Source: the human T2T-CHM13v2.0 reference genome, Homo sapiens
Direction: 5' to 3' (one strand)
Assembly: GCF_009914755.1 (NCBI RefSeq)
Contig: NC_060927.1
DNA: 64,000 nt
Part shown: positions 52,804 through 64,000 of the stretch, one piece after another
Layout: the number at the start of each line of letters is the position of its first letter
Position numbering within the stretch: the stretch's first letter is position 1
Translations under genes and position numbers: made by a program
Notes under the pieces: generated by a model
The model's input: only the letters and a program-made list of their open reading frames with translations
Told to the model about the DNA's origin: nothing
The model's database searches: none

Positions 52804-55324
52804 AGAAAAGGCACTCAATTAAGCATGCACCCTATTTACCTGTTCAGCCAAAAGACTGATTAATGCAGCACTTGAGAGATTCCACCTCACACAGAAAATC
52901 AGGAATATTTTAGATAAGAGCCAAGAAAGACTTTATTGGTCTGAAGTACTGCCAGACCAATGACTTCAGGCCCTTACCACACCTTCAACCTAGACCACAC
53001 CTTTAGGACCTTGGCATTTCCCTAGTTAAGACACCCACTTCTGCCTTCCCTTTCAAGGTTTTCTCAATAACTCTTAGAAAATCAAGATGGAGAGCTGGCA
53101 GTGCTGACTGATGGTCTGACATTCCAGTGTAGGCAGATGGCAACATGAAGACCCAGAGCATACTTTCCTGGGTGTTTTCAGTCACTGAAACCCCATGCTA
53201 CCCATGGCAGCAGAAGAGCAATTCCAACCAGCAAAGCCCTGGGGAGAATCATGAAGGTCCTCCCTTGCCCTTTCCTATCCTTGACCCAAGAAATCCCTTC
53301 TCACCATCAGAACTCCAGAGCTTTCTAGCTAATCTCCACATATGCAAAGCTCCTCACTGCAAGACTGAAGACTGACTTTCCCGGGACAATTGTTTCCACA
53401 GTTATTTCTTCCCAATGACAACATAAGGTATAGATGACTGACATGTTTAACACTCCTCCCTACTTCACTATTTTTATTATGGGTTAAAAAATCAACATCC
53501 TGAGGCATTTTTGAATAGAAATCTGCAACCCAAAGGAAGAAGACATATGGAAGGGGCCTGGCAGTTGTGTCCACAAGTCATCAGTCTGCATGACCTCAAC
53601 CCCCCAAGTTGCCTCTCTGGTCACAGCCCGATGGCCTGGTCAAAGCAGACCTGGGCTTTGTGGGGATGATTGGCCAGCTGCATCACTTAGCCCTCAGTTG
53701 CCTGGCAACCCATGTCTGAGGTATACTGGCCCAGATTCAGGTGATAAGGGGATACTTAGATCATTGCAACTCCCCCAGCTGAGGCAAAGTGGTCATGAAG
53801 AAGTCTAGGGAATGCTGTGGATTCAATCTGACTCAGAATATTCTGAGTGTTTGTGTGCTGGGGGCAGAGAGGTGCCTGGTGAGGCCTGTTTCTGGTCAGT
53901 CCCAGGAGTATACTGAGTATATCTGACCTCCTCTGGTTTACCTCTCTTAGAGTAGACCACGTAGAGTCTTCATAGTGTTCTGGACACAGCAGAATATTCT
54001 GGAAATGCCTTGGACATAAACATACCTCAAGGCCTTGCCTAGGGTGGATATACTTCCCAAGAACTCCTCAAAATGTAACCCAATCTCTGGCCAAAAGTTA
54101 CACGGCCCTCCAGCAAACAGACTGAAGTCCATCCTCCTGTGGCCTTCATAAGCTGGCCTTTAGCTCTCCTGCTTTATGTCTTGCTGCAACCCTGCCCTGA
54201 CCCCCATCCACCCACCTTCTCTCCTTACTCACACCACACCGGCACTTTGGCCCTCACTCTATCATGCTATTCTGTCTCTCTGGAAAGGCCCTTCCACACC
54301 GCAGCTGCCAGTCAAAGAGGCACACCTCCTTCAGAACCTGACTCAAAGCCACTTCTTCCTTGAAGAGAAATGTTGACTCCTCTTGGAATAGCTCTCTGGC
54401 TCTACTTGGAAACCCTGCCTAGCCTCCACTTCTACTCTCATCCTCTCATAGCAGGTTGTGATAATTACAGCACTCAGCACAGTTGTTTCATATGAACCTC
54501 GTCCACATGAGTGTCAAAGGAACTGTGCATTTTACAATGCTGATTCCCCCATTCTTCCACTTGGAATGACTGCATCCCAGCATTCCTCTCATTTTAACAA
54601 GTTCTTTTCACTCTCCTCTATGGATTCATACCTTTGTTGGTACTATATTAACAGGCCCCTCTTTACTCAAGCCATTTTTATCAGTACATGTAGCCTTTCT
54701 CTTGATCTAGACAGGATTAATGTCAATTTTTCTGTGTGCTCATTCTTCTCCATCCCTAGAAAGCAAGGTGCTCTGTGTGGTAGGGTTTAATAACACAGGG
54801 CCGTATCATCCATCACTGTCTGAGTTCTTCACAATTACGACATGCATCTCAGAAAAATGCCTCGAGAAGTCTAGATGGAAACCAATGCCCCATGGAAACA
54901 CATGAATATTTTATCAGGCTCTGAACAAGACTCTTGCTCATGAATGTTTAAACCCCTCAGTAGCATAATGCTCAGAAGCTGATTAGAGTCAACTTGTGCT
55001 GGGATGGGGAAGCTGAGAGGAGGAGGGAAATACAACAGTGATGGCAGCAGGCATTCCACAGTGTCTCTTTCAAGGATTTAAAGCACTTAAGAGTGCACTG
55101 GAGGGCTCGCTAATTTGTTAGACACTCATTTTCCAAGTGCTTTCCCTCTAAAGTGGGAAGCAGGTCAGCTCCCAGCAGAGCTGTCTAGAGAGAGCACTGG
55201 CTGGGGTACATGCAAGCTGCTACATCAGTCACAGCCCCCATAACCTTGCCATACTTCTCTCTGCATTGGTGGCACAAGGAAGATTTTCATATAAAGTAGA
55301 GAAGACTCAAGATGAGGCAGACCC

Positions 55325-55715
55325 TTTATAGGTTCACAGCAGCTTTGTTCAAAATTGCCACAAACTGGCAACAACCAAGTATCTATCAACAAGAGAACAG
55401 ATAAACACATGGTCAATATTCATACAATAAATACTACCTTGGAAAAAAAAGAAATGAACTACTGATACACACAATGGCACAGATGAATATCACAGACATT
55501 GTGTAGGGCAAAAAGAAGCCAAACACAAGAGTGCATACTGTGTAACTGCAGTTATATGAAATTCAGGAACCAGCAACACTAATCTATGATATTAGAAATC
55601 AGAACAAGGTTTGCTGCTTCTGTGGGGTGGAGGTGACTAGAAAGAGACGTGAGGAAAAGTTCTGTGACTGAAATATTTTATGTCTTGTTTGGGATGTGGG
55701 TTTGTCAAAACTGGC
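55325..55715 (+). mobile_element. Ancient L1M 3' fragment
   Basis: gttcacagcagctttgttcaaaattgccacaaactggcaacaaccaagtatctatcaaca... Confidence 0.7.
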
Positions 55716-55909
55716 CAGCTATTAGCATAGGATTCAGCTGAGAAGTGCTGTGAGGATAAAAGAGGCCACTGATCTCCAGGGTCATCATTTACCTATCAAA
55801 TATTGATTAACTTGAATTATGAATTACCTCAAAGGACTTCTAGTATTTTACCAAGGGTTCTGCCACCCTTATGGGAGTCAATGCCTTATTTGTGTAATTT
55901 AATTACCTA

Positions 55910-56450
55910 ATTAATCCAACAGTTATTTATTAATTGCTCATAATATACCAAATAGGAACACAGCCATAAATAAGACAAAAGAATTCCTTGTCTTGATGGA
56001 GTTTACATTAGAGTGGGGAACATGCCCAATTAACAAGGAAACACATATACTATATAGTGTCAGGGAGTGCTAAGTGCCATGAAGAAGGATAAAGCAGGGT
56101 CAGAAGACAGGGAGTGACCACAGGCTGTTTTAGATCAGGTGGCCATCATTCTGGAGAGTATGAAAAGAAACTGGAATGAGCTGAGAAAAGAAGCAGTGGC
56201 AGTGTCTGAAGGAAGAGTGTTCAGGCAGAGGGAAGAGCAAGGACGATGGTAAGCAAGAGGACGGCCATAGAATATGAGGGCACCAGACCAAATCACAAGC
56301 CCTGGTGGAGAGTTGAATGTTATTCACAGTGTGAGGGGAAGCCATTGGAGGGTGTTAAGCAGGAGAGTAATATCATCCAACTGACTGACATTTTAAGAAT
56401 GGGAAAAAGAAGGCAGTTAAGGGGTCTGCTCAAGATTCTTATGGGAAAGT
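55910..56450 (-). mobile_element. L2 fragment
   Basis: ttccttgtcttgatggagtttacattagagtgggg...caggcagagggaagagcaag...gggaagccattggagggtgttaagcaggagagt. Confidence 0.75.
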
Positions 56451-58541
56451 CAGAAGAATAAGATCCATATTTTTTTCTTAAAATGTTAATATCCTTCACA
56501 CATCTATATTTGAAACACCTTCTGATTCAAGCTCTGTCCAGGACCAGATCACATATGTCTGGATTCTAAACACTGATTTTTATTAACAAGTTTGTTTTAA
56601 GATAATAAGTTTATAAAATGAGAGGTAGAAAACATCTCTGTATGTCTAAAATTTTTCATAATAAAGTACTGGAGAAAAAAGGTGAGATAGTGATTTGCAT
56701 CCTTTATCAGGCAAAATTCATCAGCAACTAAACATGAATGTTCTGATTCTCAAGACCTTTGCAAAATAAAGGCTCTGATTTTTTTTTTTCAACTAAATGT
56801 AGAACATTTCTTTCAACCCCCAAATCCACCTTTGCAGCCCAAGTCAGTCCACGTTGCACTGTTTCTGCAGCATGTCAGAGCCTCTGGCTTCTTTCCTCTC
56901 TCCCCCTTCCCCCAATTAATCTCTGAAACCTACATAAGAATGGAATAAAATGCAAATTCAGGGAGAAGGATGCAGTTTTCAGAGAAGGCCTCATCCTCCT
57001 CCTACCCTATAATGGAAATTCCCTTATGGTTAAACAACAAAAATGGAAATATTAAAACCCTCAGCTGAAAACAAACACTTAAGCACCTATTCTCCTTTCC
57101 AGAGAATCTGTTTCCCTCAATCATTATTTTTCCACTCTTTTGAGAGCCTTCTAGGCTGAAAGTTGTTTCATCTCACCCATCTTGGGTCTCTCCTAGGTCT
57201 CATTTCTGCCTTCACCAGGCTTGAAGTTCTATATCCCTAGGCTATCAGAACTTTGACTCTGACCAGGCTCAATTCTAGACTTTACTGGGGAATGGGGAGA
57301 AGCTAAAAGCTGGGGGTGGAAGAGAAGGGGAAACAGAGGGAACATTCCAGAGACAGTAGTGTCCCTGAAGGGGAATTAGGCTGGCAAAATGGGGACCAGA
57401 AAGCCACCTCTATTCCTCACAAGGGACACCTAACTCAAGCACAGCCTGCTAAAGCACTTTATTCTCCAGACTCAAATTGCCTTAACCTGTAAGCAAACGC
57501 TTCCCCAGCCATTTATCCGCAAGCGCATTTGCCCCACCTGCAGCAATGAAAGAAGCACTGTTTTTGCAAGCCGGGCTGCTACCCAGACTGCGAGGAGACA
57601 TTCTGTGCAGAATTCAGCCACTGGTGGAGAAAAAGAAGTTTTTCTTTGCAGGCCTTGCTGCCTAATACAACTATATCAACAATTTCTCCCGCTGTGTAAG
57701 CCCCATCTGAAAATCTTTCCCTTTTATCTAGGATGCAAAAATGTAATGTTATCCTCCATATTCTGGTTTAAAGAACTACACCAGGAAAGACATTTTATGA
57801 TAGGCTAGGACATCATTTACCTCTAATTCAAGCATGCATGTACCTAGAAAACTAACAAAGGGGTAAGTTATGCCATGCCATGACTTCTCTTCCCAGATTT
57901 CTATCCTGAAATCTTAACAAAATTCGATTTTAAAAACCTCAAGGTTTGTATTCTTCACGAGTACATGGATACCTTGAGTTCTACCTAGAGGCCTCTAGTT
58001 TCTGACAGAGCTAACTTGGAAAGGGCTGCTTGCCAGGGTACAAGGATGTTGCAGCTTCCAGGTGACTCCCTCATGCCCAGAAGCAAGGCAGTTCAACAGA
58101 CGCAGTGCAATACAATTGTCCCTTTTCAGGACTTTGCAATCTCCATGGGGGAGCCCATCGTGCCCGCCACTCTACACCCTGGGGGTGAACATGCCCTGCA
58201 AAGCAGATTCGGCGTGAGGAGACTCTGGAAAGTCTACAGGCGGTGGGAAACTGTTTCGGGATCTCTCATTTTCAGCACAGCCGGTCGCTTATTCAGCAGA
58301 AAACCCACGGCCCCATCTTCACACCAAATTACAGTACTCTCCCGTCTCTTCCACTGAAATTGCCACTCGCATCCCTGATGCGTGACCCCTGCTCACCTCA
58401 AGTTCCTATGAGAGTTTCTTTACCGGTTCCAAACAAACTGCCCAGATTCTGGAAAGGGAGAGAAAGCCCCTCCCCCTTTCCACTTTCACTTAATAATTAA
58501 GTGTTTGAAGTTTTGTGGATCCTTAAGGTCGCTGTGCTCAC

Positions 58542-58620
58542 CTCATCAGCGTCGGACCGCCGAGAAGCGCCAAGCCCGCTGCTATGTGCAGGACGCCCAC
58601 GGTCCCCCGGCGTCTCGCGC
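58542..58620 (-). other. GPR156: Predicted non-coding first exon of GPR156 (3' end 58542; TSS undetermined and may lie further into the island)
   Basis: Donor GATGAG|GTGAGC at the gene-proximal edge of the CpG island. Confidence 0.6.
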
Positions 58621-59110
58621 GTTCGCGGGGCTGGAAGGGGCGGGAAGGGGCGGGCCGGGGCAGAGACAGGGGCCCGCGCCCATCGCCGCGCCGGGAGCCT
58701 GGCGTGGAGGCGGCGGGACGGCGGCGCAGGCCTCTGAGGTGTGCGCGGGGCGCCGGGCGCCTCTGGCCGGGGCACTGGCTGAGCCACGCCTGCCCGCCCC
58801 TCCCTGGCGCCGCCCGCGTGGCGCGCCTCGACCCTGCTCTCCCGCGAGGGCCGGGAGGGCTCCGGGACCTTGCAGACTCCACGCGCCTCACGGCTCCTCC
58901 AGCTCCTCGGATCTTTCTCCTTGCGTCGCCGCCGAGTCCCCTGGGGCGGCCCCGCCTCCGGCCGTCTCCTCAGAGACCTTCCCTGGGGGGCGCCTTCCCC
59001 TCAGCGCCCCTTCCCGGGCCTCGAGCCAGCGGCTGCCGCAGGAGCTGGCCCCGGGGCGAGGAGCTTCAGATTCAGGTCCCTAGCCGGCCTCGGTAAGGAG
59101 ACTGGAAGGA
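58550..59110. promoter_or_regulatory. GPR156: CpG island, likely GPR156 promoter; tandem GC boxes at 58637-44 and 58647-54
   Basis: Only non-repeat CpG-dense, very GC-rich segment in the window; lies 5' of the coding exons on the minus strand. Confidence 0.85.
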
Positions 59111-60419
59111 TTCTCCGCGAATGCTCATTTTTATTTCTGGAGTGGCGTCGGAGTTACCAATTAGTTTTCTTATTTTATACTCTCTGGAGTTGCCAAATTC
59201 TTTACGTTGAGCTTTTGCTTATTTTATAATCAGAAAGACAAGTACGTTTCTTTTTCCAAGAATGCTTACAGGAGGCCACAAACAAGATGTTCGCACCCAG
59301 CCCACTGTCTTCCGCTTAAAAATATGTGTGAGATGTTGTGTTTAAGACACCCTCAAGGAGAAACATAGAGGGGAGACCTGGAAATGGTCTTGGGAATCCA
59401 CTTAGACTTTCCATATTATATTTGTTTCATTTATTTTAAAATCTCAGACCTATTTATGTGCATTAGGACATTCCACATTTTTACAACTGCGCAGAGGAAA
59501 TCTTTGGTTGTAGAGGACGGGAAGAGAGAGGCCAGGTCCGCAGACCCCACTGTGACAAGACAGTGGCTACATTCTTAACTGTTTTACACATTGTGATACC
59601 CAAAGACTTCTTTTCACAGGATTCTACTGAGGGGGAAAACAAGAGGAAGAAAGAAAGATAGACAAGGTTTTCCTCAAGGCAGTAAGCAAAAAGCTGGTTT
59701 CTCAGAAGAAAGAATTATGTCTGAGATTTTACCCAGGACTCTCCAGATCTCTCATTCTACACAGAAGGACCCTTTCATTTGGAACGTGCAGAAACTGAGG
59801 AGGACCATCTCTCTCCTCCATGGGGGCTGCCTGAGTTAAAAAGGCCTGGGTCCATCTTTTTTCCGTAGGAGAGCTGACTTCAGAGTCTAGAGCCAAATCT
59901 TCACTTCTGTGGCTCTAGATTGAGGATTTGCCCTTCTGATCTCTGTGGGGCTTTTTTTTTTTAACCTGGGAATTCCCCTGGGCTCTTCGGCTGTTATTCT
60001 CATCAACCCCTCTCTATATTCTGCAAGACATTGAAATCTTTCTCCCAGCTTGGCCCCCACCTCCAATCCCAGTATTCTCTTTTCTGAGATTGGAGTATTT
60101 CCAACCCCTCAGTTGCCAGGCACTGAAGGTTTTCATCTTCCAGGCCTGCCATGTTTACCTCTGAGATGTTTCTGGCAACTGTCCACTTCTCTGCATTCTC
60201 ACACTGCTGCTCTTGATAAGCTTCGATTATCTGGGGCTGAATTGTTTCAATAATTTCCTAACTGATTTTCTTGCCTCCTATCTGTCCCCACCACCAACAT
60301 AGACTTAAGAATGTCACTCTCTTGACAAAACAAGCCAACATCCTCTATCCTCTGTCCCACTCCCAAACCTGCAGTAACTTTCCTGTGCAATTGTAATACA
60401 GTGTAAACTTTCATAAGGA

Positions 60420-62896
60420 TGGGGAGTGGCCAAGATGGCTGACCAGAAGCAGGTAATGTACATGGCTCTCACGGAGAGGAACAGAAGGGACGAGTAGATA
60501 CAACACCTTCAACTGAAACATCCGGGTACTCGCATTGGGATTAATCAAGGAAACAACCTGACCCACAGAGAACAAGGAAAAGCAAGACAGGACAACAGCC
60601 CACCTGGGAGCAACAGGGAACCAGGGGATCTTCCCCTGCCCAGGGAAGTGGTAAGTGAATGAGCGACCCCGGAAACCATGCTTCTCCCACAGATCTTTGC
60701 AACCCTCCTGTCAGGAGATCTCCTTGTGAATCCACTCCACTAGCAGCAGGGCCTTCAGTCTTCAGTCTGGCAGACAGGGCTACATGGAGTCTCAGCAAAG
60801 CAGCCACTCAGGCATGCGTGGAGACCCTGGAGGCTTAGATACTTGGGCGTTCTGGCAAAAGTAGCTGCATCTCCCACAAAGAGGGAGTTTAGACTCCCAT
60901 TCATACCCCTAAGAAAGAGGCTGAATCCAGAGGGCTGAGCAGCAACAGCCCGCAGGGCCCACTTCCACAACACCTCACACAAGACAGGACCCACTGGCTT
61001 GGAATTCCACCCAGCTACCAGTAGCAACATAGCACCTGCCTAAGTAGGAGCTCCCAGGGGAGGGGTAGGCCAACATCTTTGCTGTTCAGGAGCTTTAGCT
61101 GTTCCAGCCTTCAGGGTTTGGAGAGTCTGAGACGACCTGGGGCGGTAAGGATGCCCCAGCACAGCACAGCTGCTCTACCAAAATGTGGCCAGACTGCTGC
61201 TTTAAGTGGGTGCCCAATCCCATTCCTACTCACTGGGTGTGACCTCCCAACCAGGGCCTCCAGCCACCCTGCCTGAGCTCTTCAGCTGTGACAGAGATCT
61301 GAATTCCCCCTGGGATGGCACTCTTAGAGGGAGGGATGGGCTGCCATCTTTGCTGTTTGGCTGACTTAGCTCTTCCAGCCTTTGGGTTGTAGAGTGTCTG
61401 AGGTGACCAGGAGCTGAAGTGGACCCCCAGCACAGCACAGCTGCTATACAGAAATGTGGCCAGACTGCTTTTTTAAGTGTGCCCCATCCTGTTCCTCTTC
61501 ATTAGGTGGGACCTCCCAACCAGGGTCTTCAGCCACTTCCTACAGGTGCCTTTGGGCCAGCAACAGGTCCATACCTCCCTGGGACAAAGCTCCCAGGGGG
61601 AGGGACAGGCTGCCATATTTGCTGTATCATAACCTTCACTGGTGACACCTCCAAGTTCTGGAAAATCTGAGGTGACTAGGGACTGGAGCAGGCCCTAAGC
61701 ATACCAGAGCAGCCCTGTAGAAAAGTGGCCAGACTGTTTCGTGGGTGCCTATTCCCATATCTCCTCACTGGCAGGTCCTCCAGGCCTCGGCCTCCAGCCA
61801 CTCCCCACCAGAGCTATCCAGCCAATACCAACTCAGCGACTTCCAGGACAGTGCCTCCAGGGGCAATTGAAAGGGTCTTAGCCACTGCCTCTGCTGTGGA
61901 ACTCCCCTTGCCACCCTTGGACTAAAGAAGGAGCAAAGACCCTAAGTGCCTTTTCCATACCAACAAGCTGCAGTAGACCCAAGGAAAGGAGACCAGTCCA
62001 TCTCCCATGTGTTCCACACTGCTCACTGGACAGGCAACCCCTGGCTTGGGTCCAAAGCACGAACCCTCCTTCTTGGGCTGATTGCACTGAGCAATTGGTA
62101 ACCTGCATTTTTCTGGGGGTAGAGCCCCCAGGTGTCAAGCAAATGACTCTCGGCCACAGCACCTACTAAGATGAGCCTCTGCTACTTCTAAGCTGGGGAA
62201 GGAACATAAACACAGATCACTCCAGAGCTGCAGTGGGCAGTCCAGGGGTGCTAAGTCGTGAACTACAGCCAGCACTCAAGGGGGAGAGGAACCCACACTT
62301 TCGGAGCACTGAGAGGGAACACAGCTGCAACTGTGAAGAAACATACAGGAGCAGGAGTCTACCAATTGACCAATAAGCCTAAGTGTCACCTGCAGGATCA
62401 CACCCCAAAGCTTCAACACGAAAAATATTTCACTAACATACACACCTCTGAAACCAGAGACAAGAAGTCAGCTTCAAATAAAGACCCTATAGAAAGCCTC
62501 AGCACAGTGAAAACATCCAAAAAAGAAGTCTGTTGACTGTAGTCAATCTACGTTGCAGTCAAATGAACACCCACACACAGAGATGAGAAAGAACCAATGC
62601 AAGAACTCTGGTTACTCAAATGGCCAGAGTATCATACGTCCTCCAAACGATCACACCAGTTCTCCAGCAAGAGTTCTTAACCAGGCTGAACTGGCTGGAA
62701 TAACAGAAATAGAATTCAAAATATGGATAGGAACAAAGAGATCATCAAGATTCAGGAAGATGGCAAAACCCAATCCAAGGAAAATAAGAATTACAATAAA
62801 GTAATACAGGTGCTGAAGGATGAAATAGCCAGTATGAAAAAGAACCTAATTGGTCTGACAGAGCTGAATAACACAATACAAGAATTTCACAATGTG
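60420..62896 (+). mobile_element. Old L1P (L1PB/L1PA15-16-like) 5'UTR with ~270-bp internal tandem units, plus ORF1 start
   Basis: ggggagtggccaagatggctgaccagaagc 5' end; repeated ccagcacagcacagctgct...tggccagactg units at ~61050-61860; ORF1-like MRKNQCKNSG at 62583. Confidence 0.85.
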
Positions 62897-63046
62897 GGCC
62901 AGGTGCAGTGGCTCACGCCTGTAATCCCAGCATTTTGGGAGGCTGAGGTGGGCAGATCACCTGAGGTCAGGAGTTCGAGACCAGACTGGCTAATATGGTG
63001 AAACCCCATCCCTACTAAAAATACAAAAATTAACCAGGTGTGGTGG
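62897..63046 (+). mobile_element. AluS left arm and linker, interrupted by LTR12
   Basis: ggccaggtgcagtggctcacg...aaaattaaccaggtgtggtgg, then an abrupt switch to LTR sequence. Confidence 0.92.
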
Positions 63047-64000
63047 TGAGAGGTGACAGCATGCTGGCAACCCTCACAGCCCTCGCTCGCTCTCGGAGCC
63101 TCCTCGGCCTTGGTTCCCACTCTGGCTGTGCTTGAGGAGCCCTTCAGCCTGCCGCTGCACTGTGGGAGCCCCTTTCTGGACTGGCCAAGGCCAGAGCCAG
63201 CTCCCTCAGCTTGCGGGGAGGTGTGGAGGGAGAGGCGCAGGCGGGAACTGGGGCTGGCCCCCATGGCACTTGCGTGCCAGCGCAAGTTCCAGGTGGGCGT
63301 GGGCTCTGCAGCCCCGCACTCGGAGCAGCCAGCCGGCCGGCCCCACTGGCCCCAGGCAGTGAGGGGCTCAGCACCTGGGCCAGCAGCTGCTGTGCTCAAT
63401 TTCTCACCAGGCCTTAGCTGCCCCACCGCAGGGCAGGGCTCAGGACCTGCAGCCTGCCATGCCTGAGCCTTCCCCCCGCCCACCCCTGCCGTGGGCTGCT
63501 CAGTGAGCGCCACCCCCTGCTCCACGACACCCAGTCCCATTGACCGCCCAAGGGCTGAGGAGTGCGGGCACACAGCACAGGACTGGCAGGCAGCTCCACC
63601 TGTGGCCCCGGTGTGGGATCCACTGGGTGAAGCCAGCTGGGCTCCTGAGTCTGGTGGGGTCTTGGAGCATCTTTATGTCTAGCTAAGGGATTGTAAATAC
63701 ACCAATCAGCACTCTGTATCTAGCTCAAGGTTTGTAAACACACCAATCAGCACCCTGTGTCTAGCTCAAGCTTTGTGAATGCACCAGTCGGCACTCTGTA
63801 TCTAGCTAATCTGGTGGGGACTTGGAGAATCTTTATGTCTAGCTAAGGGATTGTGAATGCACCAGTCGGCATTCTGTATCTAGCTCAAGGTTTGTAAATG
63901 CACCAATCAGCACTCTGTGTCTAGCTCAGCGTTTGTAAATACACCAATCAACACTCTGTATCTAGCTGACCTAGTGGGGACATGGAGAACTTTTGTGTCT
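63047..64000 (+). mobile_element. ERV9 LTR (LTR12C-like), running off the window end
   Basis: Starts tgagaggtgacagcatgctggcaaccctcacagccctcgctcgctctcgg; U3 tandem ~40-bp caccaatcagcactctgtatctagct units at 63670-63990. Confidence 0.95.

Noticed and set aside
58497-59229. Overlapping 96-192 aa ORFs in the CpG island
   Set aside because: Pro/Arg/Gly/Ala-rich, open in most frames and mostly starting at non-ATG codons; expected from stop-codon scarcity in GC-rich DNA
61050-61860. ~270-bp tandem units as an independent minisatellite
   Set aside because: They lie between the L1 5' end and ORF1 and are best explained as internal repeats of an old L1P 5'UTR
62887-63573. 228-aa minus-strand ORF
   Set aside because: Chance read-through of GC-rich LTR12 into antisense Alu; the C-terminus is the typical Alu-derived peptide
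63670-63990. Repeat-spacer-like array resembling CRISPR
   Set aside because: These are the ~40-bp U3 tandem repeats of LTR12; the intervening parts are themselves repeated, there are no cas genes, and the DNA is mammalian

Overview
Human/primate-type genomic DNA containing the 5' part of GPR156, an orphan class C GPCR related to the GABA-B receptors, on the minus strand. Two coding exons (17609-17514 and 17287-17151) splice to give MEPEINCSELCDSFPGQELDRRPLHDLCKTTI|TSSHHSSKTISSLSPVLLGIVWTFLSCGLLLILFFLAFTIHCRKNR, a short N-terminus plus TM1. A CpG island at ~58.55-59.1 kb carries a likely non-coding first exon (donor after 58542), giving a ~40.5 kb first intron. Most of the remainder is transposon-derived: deeply nested L1s, about 20 Alus, MaLR/ERV1/LTR12 LTRs, Tigger/hAT MITEs, L2 and MIR. 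I found no novel protein-coding system; the long ORFs are L1 fragments or GC-content artefacts. The most interesting signals are a leader with 10 upstream AUGs including a Met-Trp-stop uORF ending 1 nt before the start codon, a (UG)22 tract just upstream of the start-codon exon's acceptor, ~4.8 kb inverted L1s bracketing both coding exons, an old locally templated inverted duplication, a 3'-truncated U2 snRNA retrocopy, a perfect 20-bp template-switch hairpin, an octamer-rich solo LTR and a possible divergent transcript. Repeat subfamily names come from recalled consensus sequences and need RepeatMasker/Dfam confirmation.
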